Below the pieces are notes generated by a model. The model was not told where the DNA came from, did not search any database, and saw only the letters and a list, made by a program, of their open reading frames with translations. This document shows positions 36,545 to 48,900 of a stretch of 64,000 nt of DNA, piece by piece (the stretch's first letter is position 1; each line of letters starts with the position of its first letter). Position numbers and translations under genes: made by a program. This DNA is from Macrostomum hystrix (Eukaryota > Animalia > Platyhelminthes), in NCBI GenBank assembly GCA_950097015.1, contig CATNEN010000034.1, forward strand, positions 4,278,001-4,342,000. Direction: 5' to 3'.

Positions 36545-39360
36545 ACCAGCAGGAATGGTAGCTAGAATCGGCACAGGAATCGTGGCTAGAATCGGCACAG
36601 GAATCATAGCTAGAATCGGCACAGGAATCATAGCTAGAATCGAAGCTGGAATCGTAGCTAGAATCGGCACAGGAATCGTAGCTAGAATCAGCACAGGAAT
36701 CGTAGCTAGAATCAGCACAGGAATGGTAGCTAGAATCGGCACAGGAATCATAGCTAGAATCGAAGCTGGAATCGTAGCTAGAATCGGCACAGGAATCGTA
36801 GCTAGAATCAGCACAGGAATCGTAGCTAGAATCAGCACAGGAATGGTAGCTAGAATCGGCACAGGAATCGTAGCTAGAATCGGCACAGGAATCATAGCTA
36901 GAATCGGCACAGGAATCATAGCTAGAATCGAAGCTGGAATCGTAGCTACAATCGGCACAGGAATCGTAGCTAGAATCAGCACAGGAATCGTAGCTAGAAT
37001 CAGCACAGGAATGGTAGCTAGAATCGGCACAGGAATCGTAGCTAGAATCGGCACAGGATTCGTAGCTAGAATCGGCACAGGAATCGTAGCTAGAATCGCA
37101 GCAGGAATCGTAGCTAGAATCGGCACAGGATTCGTAGCTAGAATCGGCACAGGAATCGTAGCTAGAATCGCAGCAGAAATTCTATCTAGAATCGCAGCAG
37201 GAATCGTAGCTAGAGTTGGAGCAGGAATCGTAGTGACAAATACATCAGGAATCGTAGCTAGAATCGAAGCTGGAATCGTAGCTAGAATTGCAGCTGGAAT
37301 CGTAGATAGAATCGAAGCTAGATTCGCCGCTAGAATTGCCGCATAAATCGTATGTAGAATCGCAGCAGCAATCATAGATAGAATCGCAGCACTAATTGTA
37401 TCTACAATTGCAGCTGGAATCGTAGCTAGAATCGCAGCAGGAATCGTAGCTAGAATGGTTGCATAAATCGTATCTTGAATCGCAGCTGGAATCGTAGCTA
37501 AAATTGCAGTTGGAATCGTTGCTAGAATTGCAGCTGGAATCGTTGCTAGAATCGCAGCAGGAATCGTATCTAGAATCGCAGCTGGAATCGTAGCTAGAAT
37601 CGCAGCAGGAATCGTAGCTAGAATGGTTGCATAAATCGTATCTTGAATCGCAGCTGGAATCGTAGCTAGAATTGCAGTTGGAATCGTAGCTAGAATTGCA
37701 GCAGGAATCGTAGCTAGAATTGCAGCTGGAATCGTTGCTAGAATCGCAGCAGGAATCGTTGCTAGAATTGCAGCTGGAATCGTTGCTAGAATTGCAGCTG
37801 GAATCGTTGCTAGAATTGCAGCTGGAATCGTTGCTAGAATTGCAGCTGGAATCGTTGCTAGAATTGCAGCTGGAATCGTTGCTAGAATTGCAGCTGGAAT
37901 CGTTGCTAGAATCGCAGCTGGAATCGTAGCTAGAATTGCAGTTGGAATCGTAGCTAGAATTGCAGCAGGAATCGTATCTAGAATCGCAGCTGGAATCGTA
38001 GCTAGAATTGCAGTTGGAATCGTAGCTAGAATTGCAGCAGGAATCGTAGCTAGAATTGCAGCAGGAATCATAGATAGAATTGCAGTTGGAATCGTAGATA
38101 GAATCGCAGCAGGAATCGCAGCTAGAATTGCAGTTGGAATCGTAGCTAGAATCGCAGCAGGAATCGCAGCTAGAATTGCAGTTGGAATCGTAGCTAGAAT
38201 CGCAGCAGGAATCGCAGCTAGAATTGCAGTTGGAATCGTAGCTAGAATCGCAGCAGGAATCGCAGCTAGAATTGCAGTTGGAATCGTAGCTTGAATCGCA
38301 GCAGGAATCGCAGCTAGAATTGTAGTTGGAATCGTAGCTTGAATCGCAGCAGGAATCGCAGCTAGAATTGCAGTTGGAATCGTAGCTTGAATCGCAGCAG
38401 GAATCGCAGCTAGAATTGCAGTTGGAATCGTAGCTTGAATCGCAGCAGGAATCGCAGCTAGAATTGCAGTTGGAATCGTAGCTTGAATCGCAGCAGGAAT
38501 TGCAGCTAGAATTGTAGTTGGAATCGAAGATAGAATCGCAGCAGGAATCGCAGCTAGAATTGCAGTTGGAATCGTAGCTTGAATCGCAGCAGGAATCGCA
38601 GCTAGAATTGCAGTTGGAATCGTAGCTAGAATCGCAGCAGGAATCGCAGCTAGAATTGCAGTTGGAATCGTAGCTAGAATCGCAGCAGGAATCGCAGCTA
38701 GAATTGCAGTTGGAATCGTAGCTTGAATCGCAGCAGGAATCGCAGCTAGAATTGTAGTTGGAATCGAAGATAGAATCGCAGCAGGAATCGCAGCTAGAAT
38801 TGCAGTTGGAATCGTAGCTTGAATCGCAGCAGGAATCGCAGCTAGAATTGCAGTTGGAATCGTAGCTTGAATCGCAGCAGGAATCGCAGCTAGAATTGCA
38901 GTTGGAATCGTAGCTTGAATCGCAGCAGGAATTGCAGCTAGAATTGTAGTTGGAATCGAAGATAGAATCGCAGCAGGAATCGCAGCTAGAATTGCAGTTG
39001 GAATCGTAGCTTGAATCGCAGCAGGAATCGCAGCTAGAATTGCAGTTGGAATCGTAGCTAGAATCGCAGCAGGAATCGCAGCTAGAATTGCAGTTGGAAT
39101 CGTAGCTAGAATCGCAGCAGGAATCGCAGCTAGAATTGCAGTTGGAATCGTAGCTTGAATCGCAGCAGGAATCGCAGCTAGAATTGTAGTTGGAATCGAA
39201 GATAGAATCGCAGCAGGAATCGCAGCTAGAATTGCAGTTGGAATCGTAGCTTGAATCGCAGCAGGAATCGCAGCTAGAATTGCAGTTGGAATCGTAGCTT
39301 GAATCGCAGCAGGAATCGCAGCTAGAATTGCAGTTGGAATTGTAGCTAGAATCGCAGCTA
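36545..39360. repeat. 24-bp minisatellite grading into a 48-bp unit (GAATCGCAGCAG GAATCGCAGCTA GAATTGCAGTTG GAATCGTAGCTA)
   Basis: Visible periodicity. Confidence 0.96.
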
Positions 39361-40185
39361 GTCGGGACTATAAGGTGGATTTAGCATTTTCATCGTGTGT
39401 AGGGATTAGTCGACTTTAGGTTAAGTTATTCCGACTTTACTAAGCCTCCAAGTGTTCTTCATCCAAGGTTTTAAAGCGCGAATGCCTAAGTGCAGAGAGC
39501 ACTTGAAAAATAATGCACTTTTATCCATTTAAAACGGCGCTAAAGCAATCGGTTTTATTGCCTGAGCCTCATCGATCTGAAAGGGTAGGCCCAGGGTTAA
39601 GGGCAAATGGTGAAATTCGGCTTCCTTCAAGGGAAACTTGCCTAAACTTTCGATTTCTGCTGCAAAGTGTCAACGCGAATTTCTTTAAGTCAGGCCTTAA
39701 CCCGCGCCTAAAGCACTGGCTTGTCTGTTTTGCATTGGAATCCATCCATTGATGATGAAAAGTGACTCAGGCATAAAAGTTGAGCACAGACGCCTGTGCC
39801 TTGTGTGTGTTTGTGTCGTGTTGTTCTTGAGCAAACATTTGCTGAATGAAAGACCGACCATTCTGCCCGGAGCAAAGTCCTGCCAGCTCCGATCTTCTGT
39901 CGCATATCAAAATTGAAGACAAGTCGAATTAATGAGAGAATGAGAAACTTTGCTGTTTTAATCATCTACGTGTCTGCATAGATCAACATAGAACAATGGT
40001 TTTGTAGACTGTTGCTTCATGACATTCCGTGAATTTGACAATTTTGTGTGCAAAATCGATTCGCTTACACTCGGATAAGTAATGGCATTGATTCTTAGAG
40101 CAATCTCACTGCCAAATTTATGTTTGATGCAGTTTTCAATGGAGTTTTCGTCCATCCATCAGATCAAATTGGTTGCGCGGTACAT

Positions 40186-40925
40186 CTGAAGGCTGCGTAC
40201 GGCTGTTCAGTCCATGGAGGGGCGAGGGGGGTCAGCGGCTAACGTCGCTGCCTCGCACTCCAAAGGACGCTAGTTCGATTCACCCTTCAGGTCACGATTA
40301 ATTTCGGTACTTGTTGGGGGGGTTTGGACAGTAGCGACCGGCGGAGGTGCACCTTATTTCGTGCAATCAAAGCTTGAAAAATAGCTTCGCTCCTACCTTC
40401 TGTGTGCCTGTTCTGCGTTGTATGAGTTGTGTGCGTTGGCGCTGGGGCGTTAGACCTTGCGGGGGGTGGCTGGGGGGCGGGTGTACACCGCCGCGCGCTC
40501 ATCTGGATTTCCGTCAGCGCGATTGGATAAAGTGTACACTCGTCACCCGCCCCCCCCCCTGAGGACTGATTTCTATCAGCCTTCCGCCCCGGCTTGGTCT
40601 GCTCTGTGCGTGTGCGGGCCTGGGGTGAGAGGCACTCCGGCTGCCGCCCCCTTCCCCGCTTGGCTTGCTGCTGTGTGTGTGAGGTGCCTGCTCAGGGGAG
40701 GCGGCGCGATGGGCGGCTCTCGCCTAGTTCGCCGGCCTGGGGGCATGCCGTTCCTGTGTTTGTGCGTCAAGTGCCCCAGGCCCCCCTGCAAAGTAAGTAA
40801 AGTAAGTAAGTTCAGTCCATGGACTGGGGGGACGCCACACCCACCCTCAATTACCCCTAAAGGATCAATTTTTTCCAGTTGAGTCAAGAATCGAACCCCC
40901 GACCTAAAAGTCGTGAGTCCGCTAG
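40186..40925 (-). mobile_element. SINE family 2 copy interrupted by a family-3 insertion
   Basis: GAAGG.TGCGTACGGCTGTTCAGTCCATGGA...CTGGGGG.CGCCACACC and AATCGAACCCCCGA...AGTCGTGAG.CCG match 6688-6892. Confidence 0.75.
40219..40809 (+). mobile_element. SINE family 3 (GC-rich, ~590 bp) with (AAGT)n tail and 14-bp TSD GTTCAGTCCATGGA
   Basis: TSD at 40205-40218 and 40810-40823; head GGGTCAGCGGCTAA...GTTCGATTC; body similar to 59135-59633. Confidence 0.85.
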
Positions 40926-41724
40926 GCTACAACCCTCTCCCATGAAAATAATACTAAATTACATGACAAATTAAATTCTTTTCTGAAGTGTTCTATCAAT
41001 ATGCGACTAGTTTCAGTTCTTGAGTGACAGTGCCAAACGCGCTATGTCTGTGTCGGACCCAAACCCTGACCGATGCGTGTGTTATGACTGAATTGAATTG
41101 CTAATTCAACAGAAATCTCTGTCTAGTTCTTTGCACAGCGACAGTAATATAGACACTAAAGACTGACTGACTGGTAGGTGAGGTGACCACTGACTAGGTG
41201 ACCAAATATAGGCTAACAATAATACCGAACTGAACAAAAGGAAGGTAAAAACTACAGGGAAGGCTGTGAACTGCACACTCCAGCTGTGAACAATGGGTTC
41301 GTCAGTGCTCATGCTTTACTCTAACTTATCACCTCGGACAGTCAGTATCAACTTATTCATTGTGTGAGACCGGAGCTGCTGTTGCGTAGGCTACTGGAGG
41401 CACAAGGTAATAATTCCAATGCGGTTGGCAACTCAAATACTAAAGAATGAGCTTTTTTACAACAGGGGCGTGAGCAAAAGCCTATACGTAGTCAACTATA
41501 TCACAGCTTTAGCCCTGGTAAGGAGATTAAGTCTAATTCTATTGTAGATTTGAATATAATCCGCGTGAAAGGATTAACAAAAAATGGTCAAGAGATTTCA
41601 AGAGTCAAATCTGTTTATTGATTTTAAAATAAAACAGTTTCGAGAAAATGGCAACTAAATGGCAAATGCTATACAGTCTAATTAAGGTGTGGGTTAGGCG
41701 CAAAAGTTTGTTCGGGAATTGTAA

Positions 41725-41962
41725 AGATTAGCATGAGGTGGGTGCTTGCTTTTAGACGGGTTGTAGCGATTGGCGTGAGGTGGGTGCTAGCTTTCTGACG
41801 ATTGTAAAGAATGGCGTGAGTTGGGTGCTATCTTTTGGACGAGGTGTTAAAAATGGCGTGATGTGGGTGCTAGCCCCCAGATGGGTTGCAAATAATGGCG
41901 TGAGGTGGGTGCTAACTTTGAGACGGAGTATAAAAATCGGCGTGAGGTGGGTGCAACATTCA
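41725..41962. repeat. Degenerate ~42-bp repeat (AATGGCGTGAGGTGGGTGCTA + variable half), ~6 copies
   Basis: Conserved half-unit recurs every 41-42 bp. Confidence 0.8.
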
Positions 41963-42619
41963 AAATAATGCTACTAAAGAATACTATTATTACGGACTAG
42001 TACTTTCATCTTAAGTACTTTTTAAAAAAAAGAGTCTGCTGCCCACATTAAGTCAGCTATAGATGAGTGACATAATGCTGAAAAGAAGGACAAAGATTAA
42101 GAAAGCACGTTAAGCCACAGGATTAGAGCAGCAACGCCCACCTCACACCAGCGATTAGATGGTATCAGTTATTTCCAAGGGCCCAAAAATTTCCATGGAC
42201 GCAGTGAATCGATAGGGCAGATCTGGGCAAACAAAAATTCGACACACTCATTTCAGGTTTAAACAAAAAATGGGCATAATATTTAGTTTCAACAAGGCCA
42301 TGCTTTGAGCACTGTCCACAATGGGCCAGCCTTCTGGGGATCTGAGTAGGCTTTTGGAAGAAACCATCTGGCATCCGGTTTGGCAGATTTTGGGAGATAT
42401 TTTTACTACCTCGATTCCGGAGCTGATTCTGTTCGAAGCTGCGGCGATTAAAATTTATAATCCCAAATGCGGATTATTTGCTTGCACTCTTGGGCATTGC
42501 ATCCAGGCTGCGATGTGAGCGTGTCAGAAAACGCTCGTTTTCAAGCGAGTTTTCAAGCTCGTTTTTGACCCTGACCCGTGTCAGGGTCAGAAATCTGTTA
42601 CTGAGGCAGCTCATATTTT

Positions 42620-43025
42620 GGCGCCATTTCAGATTTGTGTCGACATTTTCAACTTAACGTGACATTACACTTCTTTGGGGGGAAATTTCAGATTTGGCAC
42701 TATTTTAACTTTTGACATTATTTAATATTTTTAACACTATTTGGATTTTAGCTTTATAAATTTCTAGTACGCTTAGATTTTGGCGCTATTTGAAAACTTG
42801 GCACCATTCCAGATTTTGGCGCCATCTCAAATTTTAGCGCCATCTCAGATTTTGGCGCCATTTCAGATTTTAGCGCCATCTCAGATTTTGGCGCCATCTC
42901 AGATTTTAGCGCCATCTCAGATTTTGGCGCCATCTCAGATTTTAGCGCCATCTCAGATTTTGGCGCCATCTCAGATTCTGGCGCCATTTTAGATTTTGGC
43001 GCCATCTCAGATTTTGACGCCATTT
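42620..43025. repeat. 18-bp minisatellite (CAGATTTTGGCGCCATCT)n, degenerate on the left
   Basis: Visible periodicity. Confidence 0.9.
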
Positions 43026-43429
43026 TTCGTTTCTGTGCTTACTTGTTGAAATGAAACACTTTTTTTTAATTTTATTATGTTAGGCTTCTGCTAAAGAAAT
43101 CCCACTTTTTTGTACTTTGAGGTCTGCTCAAGCTAAAATTTTAACTTCCTGTTCTCCTAAAAGTTTCCCATTTCACAAAATCCGTTTTCTGATAAAAAAC
43201 AATCCGTTTTTAATTACTATTCCTACAGTACTTACCGTTCATTTCCTATTCCCTAAAAATTCTAATTTTCTGAAAACTCCCCAGAAAACTTCCATCTTCC
43301 TAAAAACTAACCATTTTTAAATATCCCAGCTAATAATCCGCTTCAAAAAAATTTTCTTTCTTAAACCTCTCATTTTCAAAATCTCTGTATCTACGAGCCT
43401 CTATATAAGTTACACTTTCTTGTCTCCAA

Positions 43430-46400
43430 AACTTCCCCTTTCTAATACTTCCCATTTCTAAAACTCCCCATTTCTAAAACTCCCCATCTCTAAAACTTCC
43501 CATCGCTAAAACTTCCCGTCTCTAAAACTCCCCATCTCTAAAACTTCCCATCTCTAAAACTCCCCATCTCTAAAACTCCCCATCTCTAAAACTTCCCATA
43601 TCTAAAACTTCCCATCTCTAAAACTCCCCATCTCTAAAACTTCCCATATCTAAAACTTCCCATCTCTAAAACTCCCCATCTCTAAAACTCCCCATCTCTA
43701 AAACTTCCCATCTCTAAAACTCCCCATCTCTAAAACTTCCCATATCTAAAACTTCCCATCTCTAAAACTTCCCATCTCTAAAACTTCCCATCTCTAAAAC
43801 TCCCCATCTCTAAAACTTCCCATCTCTAAAACTCCCCATCTCTAAAACTTCCCATATCTAAAACTTCCCATCTCTAACACTTCCCATCTCTAAAACTTCC
43901 CATCTCTAACACTTCCCATCTCTAACACTTCCCATCTCTAAAACTTCCCATCTCTAAAACTTCCCATCTCTAAAACTTCCCATCTCTAAAACTCCCCATC
44001 TCTAAAACTTCCCATCTCTAAAACTCCCCATCTCTAAAACTTCCCATATCTAAAACTTCCCATCTCTAAAACTCCCCATCTCTAAAACTTCCCATATCTA
44101 AAACTTCCCATCTCTAAAACTCCCCATCTCTAAAACTCCCTATCTCTAAAACTTCCCATCTCTAAAACTTCCCATCTCTAAAACTTCCCATCTCTAAAAC
44201 TGATGTGTCTGTAGCTCGCACCTCAATGGAGACGAAGTAATGCTTAATGGGAGTGTGACATGAAGTCCCTTTTGGTGCGTGTATTTGTAACAGGACTTTC
44301 TTTATATGTAAACATGCTGAGGGGATCCACAGAGATGCATCTCTGTGGGCTGCGGAACATAGACAAAAGGAGCAGAGCGTAACTTAAGTGTGTGATGGCT
44401 GACAAATAAAAGTCCATTAGCATTGGGGCTGGGATACAAGTTCAGCATGCAACATGTCCCATTCGCAAAGGAGACGGAAGCAGGTTTATAGTTATTACGG
44501 TTTGAGCACTTGAACTAGCGATTGGTACAATGTGAGAATTGTCAGTAACGGTATAACATAGCAGTATTGTCAGTCATCTATAGATGCCAATTTGAGGGCT
44601 GCCTCACGGTACAAAGCGATCCGGGGCACGTCGGATTCTTGAGCTTTGACGTGGAGAGGTCGCGGTCTTAGGCTCCGGTATTCCCTCGTCATGAGACGCT
44701 GCATGTTCAGCGGTTGCTGCTGGTATCTCAGTCGGGGTGGAGGGCTGTTGAAAGGTGGCTTCTTCCGTGTCTTCCTCTCCCTCGTCATCGTCGTGCGGAA
44801 GATATGACGGAGCCAGCTGAGTGGTGCTAGCCAGGCGCAGGCCCTCGTTGGCTAGGATCCAGGCGGTGTTGTTTCCTGACGTCATGACATACGTGGCAGG
44901 ATCTCCCCGAGTTGAAGGTTGCGGCTGATAGATGACCTCGTCACCTTGCTCGAACTAAGAGACAACCGGTACACGGAGACGTCTGCCAAGGACCAACTCT
45001 GCTGGGCATTTACCACGGCTGAGCGACGAATTGCGGTGATGCAAAAGAACCTTTTGAAGAAAGAACGGGAATTCCATATGCGTTATTCGCTCGGACCAGG
45101 CTCGAAGAGCGGATTTGACAGTCTGAACAGCTCGTTCAGCTGCACCATTAGCTTGCGGGCAGTAAGCCGGAGACTCCTTTTTCCTCGCGCCGTGGGCACG
45201 AAGCCACGAGTTCAAGTGATCCCCAACGAACTCCGGAGCATTGTCCGTGACAACGAGCTCCGCTACGCCAAAACGGGAAAAGACGGTGCGTAGGCATTGA
45301 ATGACAGATGTGGCCATCCTGTTCCGACAAGGGAATGCTTCTATCCACCCGGAATAGGCGTCTACTATTATCAGTATGTCTCCGGCTTCCTTCACGTGCG
45401 CCCAGTCCATGTGAATGCGCTGGAACGGATATTCTGGGGAAGGCCAGCGGTCCCTATCGCGTCCTAAGCGTGGTCGCAGGCGAAAACATTCCAGGCAACG
45501 GCTGACAAACTGAGCGACGTCTTGTAGCATTCCTGGTCACCAGCAAGAGGCGGCTAGCAAATTGTACGAGGCATGCATCCCCGAGTGAATATCGTGGATG
45601 GCGTCGAAGGCGAAAACTTCCCATTTCTAAAACTCCCCATCTCTAAAACTTCCCATTTCTAAAACTTCCCATTTCTAAAACTCCTCATCTCTAAAACTCC
45701 TCATTTCTAAAACTCCCCATCTCTAAAACTCCCCATCTCTAACACTTCCCATCTCTAAAACTTCCCATCTCTAAAACTCCTCATTTCTAAAACTCCCCAT
45801 CTCTAAAACTTCCCATCTCTAACACTTCCCATCTCTAACACTTCCCATCTCTAACACTTCCCATCTCTAACACTTCCCATCTCTAACACTTCCCATCTCT
45901 AACACTTCCCATCTCTAAAACTTCCCATCTCTAAAACTTCCCATCTCTAAAACTCCTCATTTCTAAAACTCCCCATTTCTAAAACTTCCCATTTCTAAAA
46001 CTCCTCATCTCTAAAACTCCTCATTTCTAAAACTCCCCATCTCTAAAACTCCCCATCTCTAACACTTCCCATCTCTAAAACTTCCCATCTCTAAAACTCC
46101 TCATTTCTAAAACTCCCCATCTCTAAAACTTCCCATCTCTAACACTTCCCATCTCTAAAACTTCCCATCTCTAACACTTCCCATTTCTAAAACTCCCCAT
46201 TTCTAAAACTCCTCATCTCTAAAACTCCTCATTTCTAAAACTCCCCATTTCTAAAACTCCCCATTTCTAAAACTCCCCATTTCTAAAACTTCCCATTTCT
46301 AAAACTCCTCATCTCTAAAACTCCTCATTTCTAAAACTCCCCATCTCTAAAACTCCCCATCTCTAACACTTCCCATCTCTAAAACTTCCCATCTCTAAAA

Positions 46401-46792
46401 CTCCTCATTTCTAAAACTCCCCATCTCTAAAACTTCCCATCTCTAACACTTCCCATCTCTAACACTTCCCATCTCTAACACTTCCCATCTCTAAAACTTC
46501 CCATCTCTAAAACTCCCCATCTCTATAACTCCCCATTTCTAAAACTCCCCATCTCTAAAACTCCTCATTTCTAAAACTCCCCATCTCTAAAACTTCCCAT
46601 CTCTAACACTTCCCATCTCTAAAACTTCCCATCTCTAAAACTCCCCATCTCTATAACTCCCCATTTCTAAAACTCCCCATCTCTAAAACTCCTCATTTCT
46701 AAAACTCCCCATCTCTAAAACTTCCCATCTCTAACACTTCCCATCTCTAAAACTTCCCATCTCTAACACTTCCCATCTCTAAAACTCCCCAT
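43430..46792. repeat. 16-bp minisatellite (CTCTAAAACTTCCCAT)n interrupted by the Gypsy fragment
   Basis: Arrays at 43430-44200 and 45613-46792. Confidence 0.96.
44201..45612 (-). mobile_element. 5'-truncated Ty3/Gypsy LTR retrotransposon: integrase plus putative 3' LTR ending ...ACATCA
   Basis: One frame 45612-44604 with HHCC zinc finger (HDIH...W*PGM...CLEC), PFQRIHMD, VTDNAPEF, PQANGAAERAVQT, P.EL.LGR.LR and RQSSRIRRAPDRF. In-frame stops at 45537-45539 and 44955-44957. The minus-strand terminus CA at 44201 abuts a 16-bp satellite. Confidence 0.88.
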
Positions 46793-47557
46793 GACAAAAT
46801 TTCCCATTAAAGCGTTCTTCAGCTTTAAAAAAGCTCTTCAGCGTTCTTTCACTTAATTTTTTCAAAGATTAAGTCGAGTTTATACTCTTATTTTTAACCA
46901 ATAAATCAGTTAGTTTTACAACTCAAATTGTGTTTATACGTTTTACAGCTGCAGGCACAAATATTGCTTCTCACAATAGCAATATTTACAATTAGTAGAT
47001 TATGCAATAGTTTCAATACTAGATAAATATACTATACTAGAGCACTGATTTGACTGCTTTATGGTGAGAAGGTTAGATAATGACTTTGTTCTCCACTTCT
47101 TCTTTGAGAATTAAAAAACCGTCCTAAAATAAAAAAAGAAATGGTTTTATGAGTAGATCTGATAGCATGCTAGCTGCTATAGGGCAGGGGGACAGGGCTG
47201 GGGTTGGCGACATTCTAGCAGCGAATCGCCGAGGTCCACTGCCGTGCACTGATAAAATCCACCGCATGAGTATTACTGCGTAGATTTGACTCTCTGCACC
47301 ACGCGTAACAACCCCCTGTAGCTTTTTTAAGTTAAGCAGCGTGGCCTGCAGAAAATTTGCTTATTTTTGAATATATAAGTTTCATTTAAATCTTTTTTAG
47401 ACAGCCACTTTAAATTGAGCTTTGTTTTTTAAGTTAAAAAAAGAGAAACCAGTTTTGATTTAATTTAGCTTGTGTTTCTGATCGATTTCTATCGTCTAAC
47501 TGCCTATCAGGTTTTGGGTAAGTCCGTAAAAGTATGGGAAAAATGGGGGATGAGTCG

Positions 47558-47895
47558 TTGAGCGGTGTCTGCCTCTCGCACCAAGGTCCCTGAGCTCGAT
47601 TCCGCGGCGAGGCCACATTTATTTCGGGCGCAGTCGCGGAGAGAAGGCTTGGGGGCTTGTCGTGCAATGGACGCCCTTGAGGACCAACCTCCAAGGCACT
47701 GTGAGAGTGTACACTGCCTGACGATGAGAAAGTCATGGCAGATGTACACACCTGTGTGAGCGTGTGCCTGCGTACAGTATCTGTGTGCGTGCGTGCTCAG
47801 GAGTCAGCGAAATGGGCAGAATTGCCTCCTCGCTGGCTGCAGGTCTAGTGTCACCAGATGATGTGCAATTGCCCACGGCCCCCCTGAAATTATTA
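47558..47895 (+). mobile_element. SINE family 1, near full length
   Basis: CTCTCGCACCAAGGTCCCTGAGCTCGATTCCGCGGCGAGGCCAC head, conserved body, ATT-rich tail. Confidence 0.85.
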
Positions 47896-48129
47896 ATATA
47901 GTTTATTATAATGGGATAAATTTCCTATCCTTTAAAGTGCATCAACTGAAGTTAGTATCAATTGTGCAGTCTAAGTTGTACTTTTGCGGTTATAGTTGAA
48001 TATTTCCAGCTTAATATACTATATAGATATACTAATAAAATTGAAAAAGCACACTATACTCGCTATTCTGCAAAACTCAAACTAGCATTTACAGATACCA
48101 AACACGAGTTTGCTTACTAATAGTCTAAA

Positions 48130-48268
48130 TTTACAGAAATCAAAACCGAATTTACAGAACTCATATCCGAATTTACAGAATTCACAGCCAAATTTACAGA
48201 ATTCATATCCGAATTTACAGAATTCACAGCCGAATTTACAGAACTCACAGCCGAATTTACAGAACTCA
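48130..48268. repeat. 21-bp minisatellite (GCCGAATTTACAGAATTCACA)n
   Basis: Visible periodicity. Confidence 0.9.
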
Positions 48269-48900
48269 GCCGATTTGGAAGAAAAATAACCTGTTGCTAT
48301 TTTGCCTGTTTTCCCAAGGAGATATTTTAGCAATATTTAGAATATTTTAAATATTCCACTTTAAATCAGAAAACAGTCAGGAAATTTCGGCATGACAGAA
48401 GAAAAATTGGAGCGGAACCTCGGAGCGAAATGAATCATGGTCATTGGAGTCAGGCGAGACAGAAGCAAATAATGCCATAAATATTGCAGTCTTCTCACCC
48501 GCTCCAGTTGTCTATCTTCCCCCCCACCCTTAACGTTGCCAAACAGCAGCAGCAGCAGCAGCAGCAGTTTTGAGTGAAAGAGAAAAATAGACAAGGCCTG
48601 TACGCCGAACCCTTTCCGAACTCGCCTTTCCGAAATAAAACTCCCTGCATGCAGTATCCCAGGCTAGACTCAACATCCCCTCTTGTCAGATTCTCCCCAT
48701 ATTTTTGGCTCAAAAGCCGTTTGACTGATCGACTGACGCTCCCGATAAACACCTGGGGGAGGGGAACGCGAGTTTCTTTGCCAGCCAACGACGAAACAAA
48801 GAAATTACAGGTCTGTTGGTGTCATCTGTCAGGGAGGCCTCGGAGAGCCAAACCACCAGGCCAGAGCTGGCAAATTGCAGACTCCAAATCCAGGTCTCGC

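Noticed and set aside
31638-38071. Long AAIL/SCDS/RIAAG/ESQL repeat ORFs (possible coiled-coil or antifreeze-like proteins)
   Set aside because: Products of the 12/24-bp satellite; variants introduce stops freely and there is no credible start or splice context.
39594-39703. GGGTTAA...TTAACCC as piggyBac-like ends
   Set aside because: Motifs face outward, are ~10 bp long and have no matching partners or transposase.
41725-41962. CRISPR-like repeat/spacer look (also the 31-36 kb compound repeat)
   Set aside because: Variable halves are related to each other, no cas genes, eukaryotic context; at 31-36 kb the spacers are identical.
44955-45539. In-frame TGA and TAG in the integrase as programmed readthrough or recoding
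   Set aside because: TGA replaces the Trp of the conserved WWPGM motif in a truncated element; simple nonsense decay explains both.
47558-47640. tRNA gene at SINE heads (also 7170-7246, 8-100, 40219-40290)
   Set aside because: No complete cloverleaf, copies are diverged, and each continues into a shared SINE body and tail.
48574-48900. N-terminal extension of the class B GPCR from the ORF track
   Set aside because: Starts at GTG; the ATG at 48901 is followed directly by a typical signal peptide.
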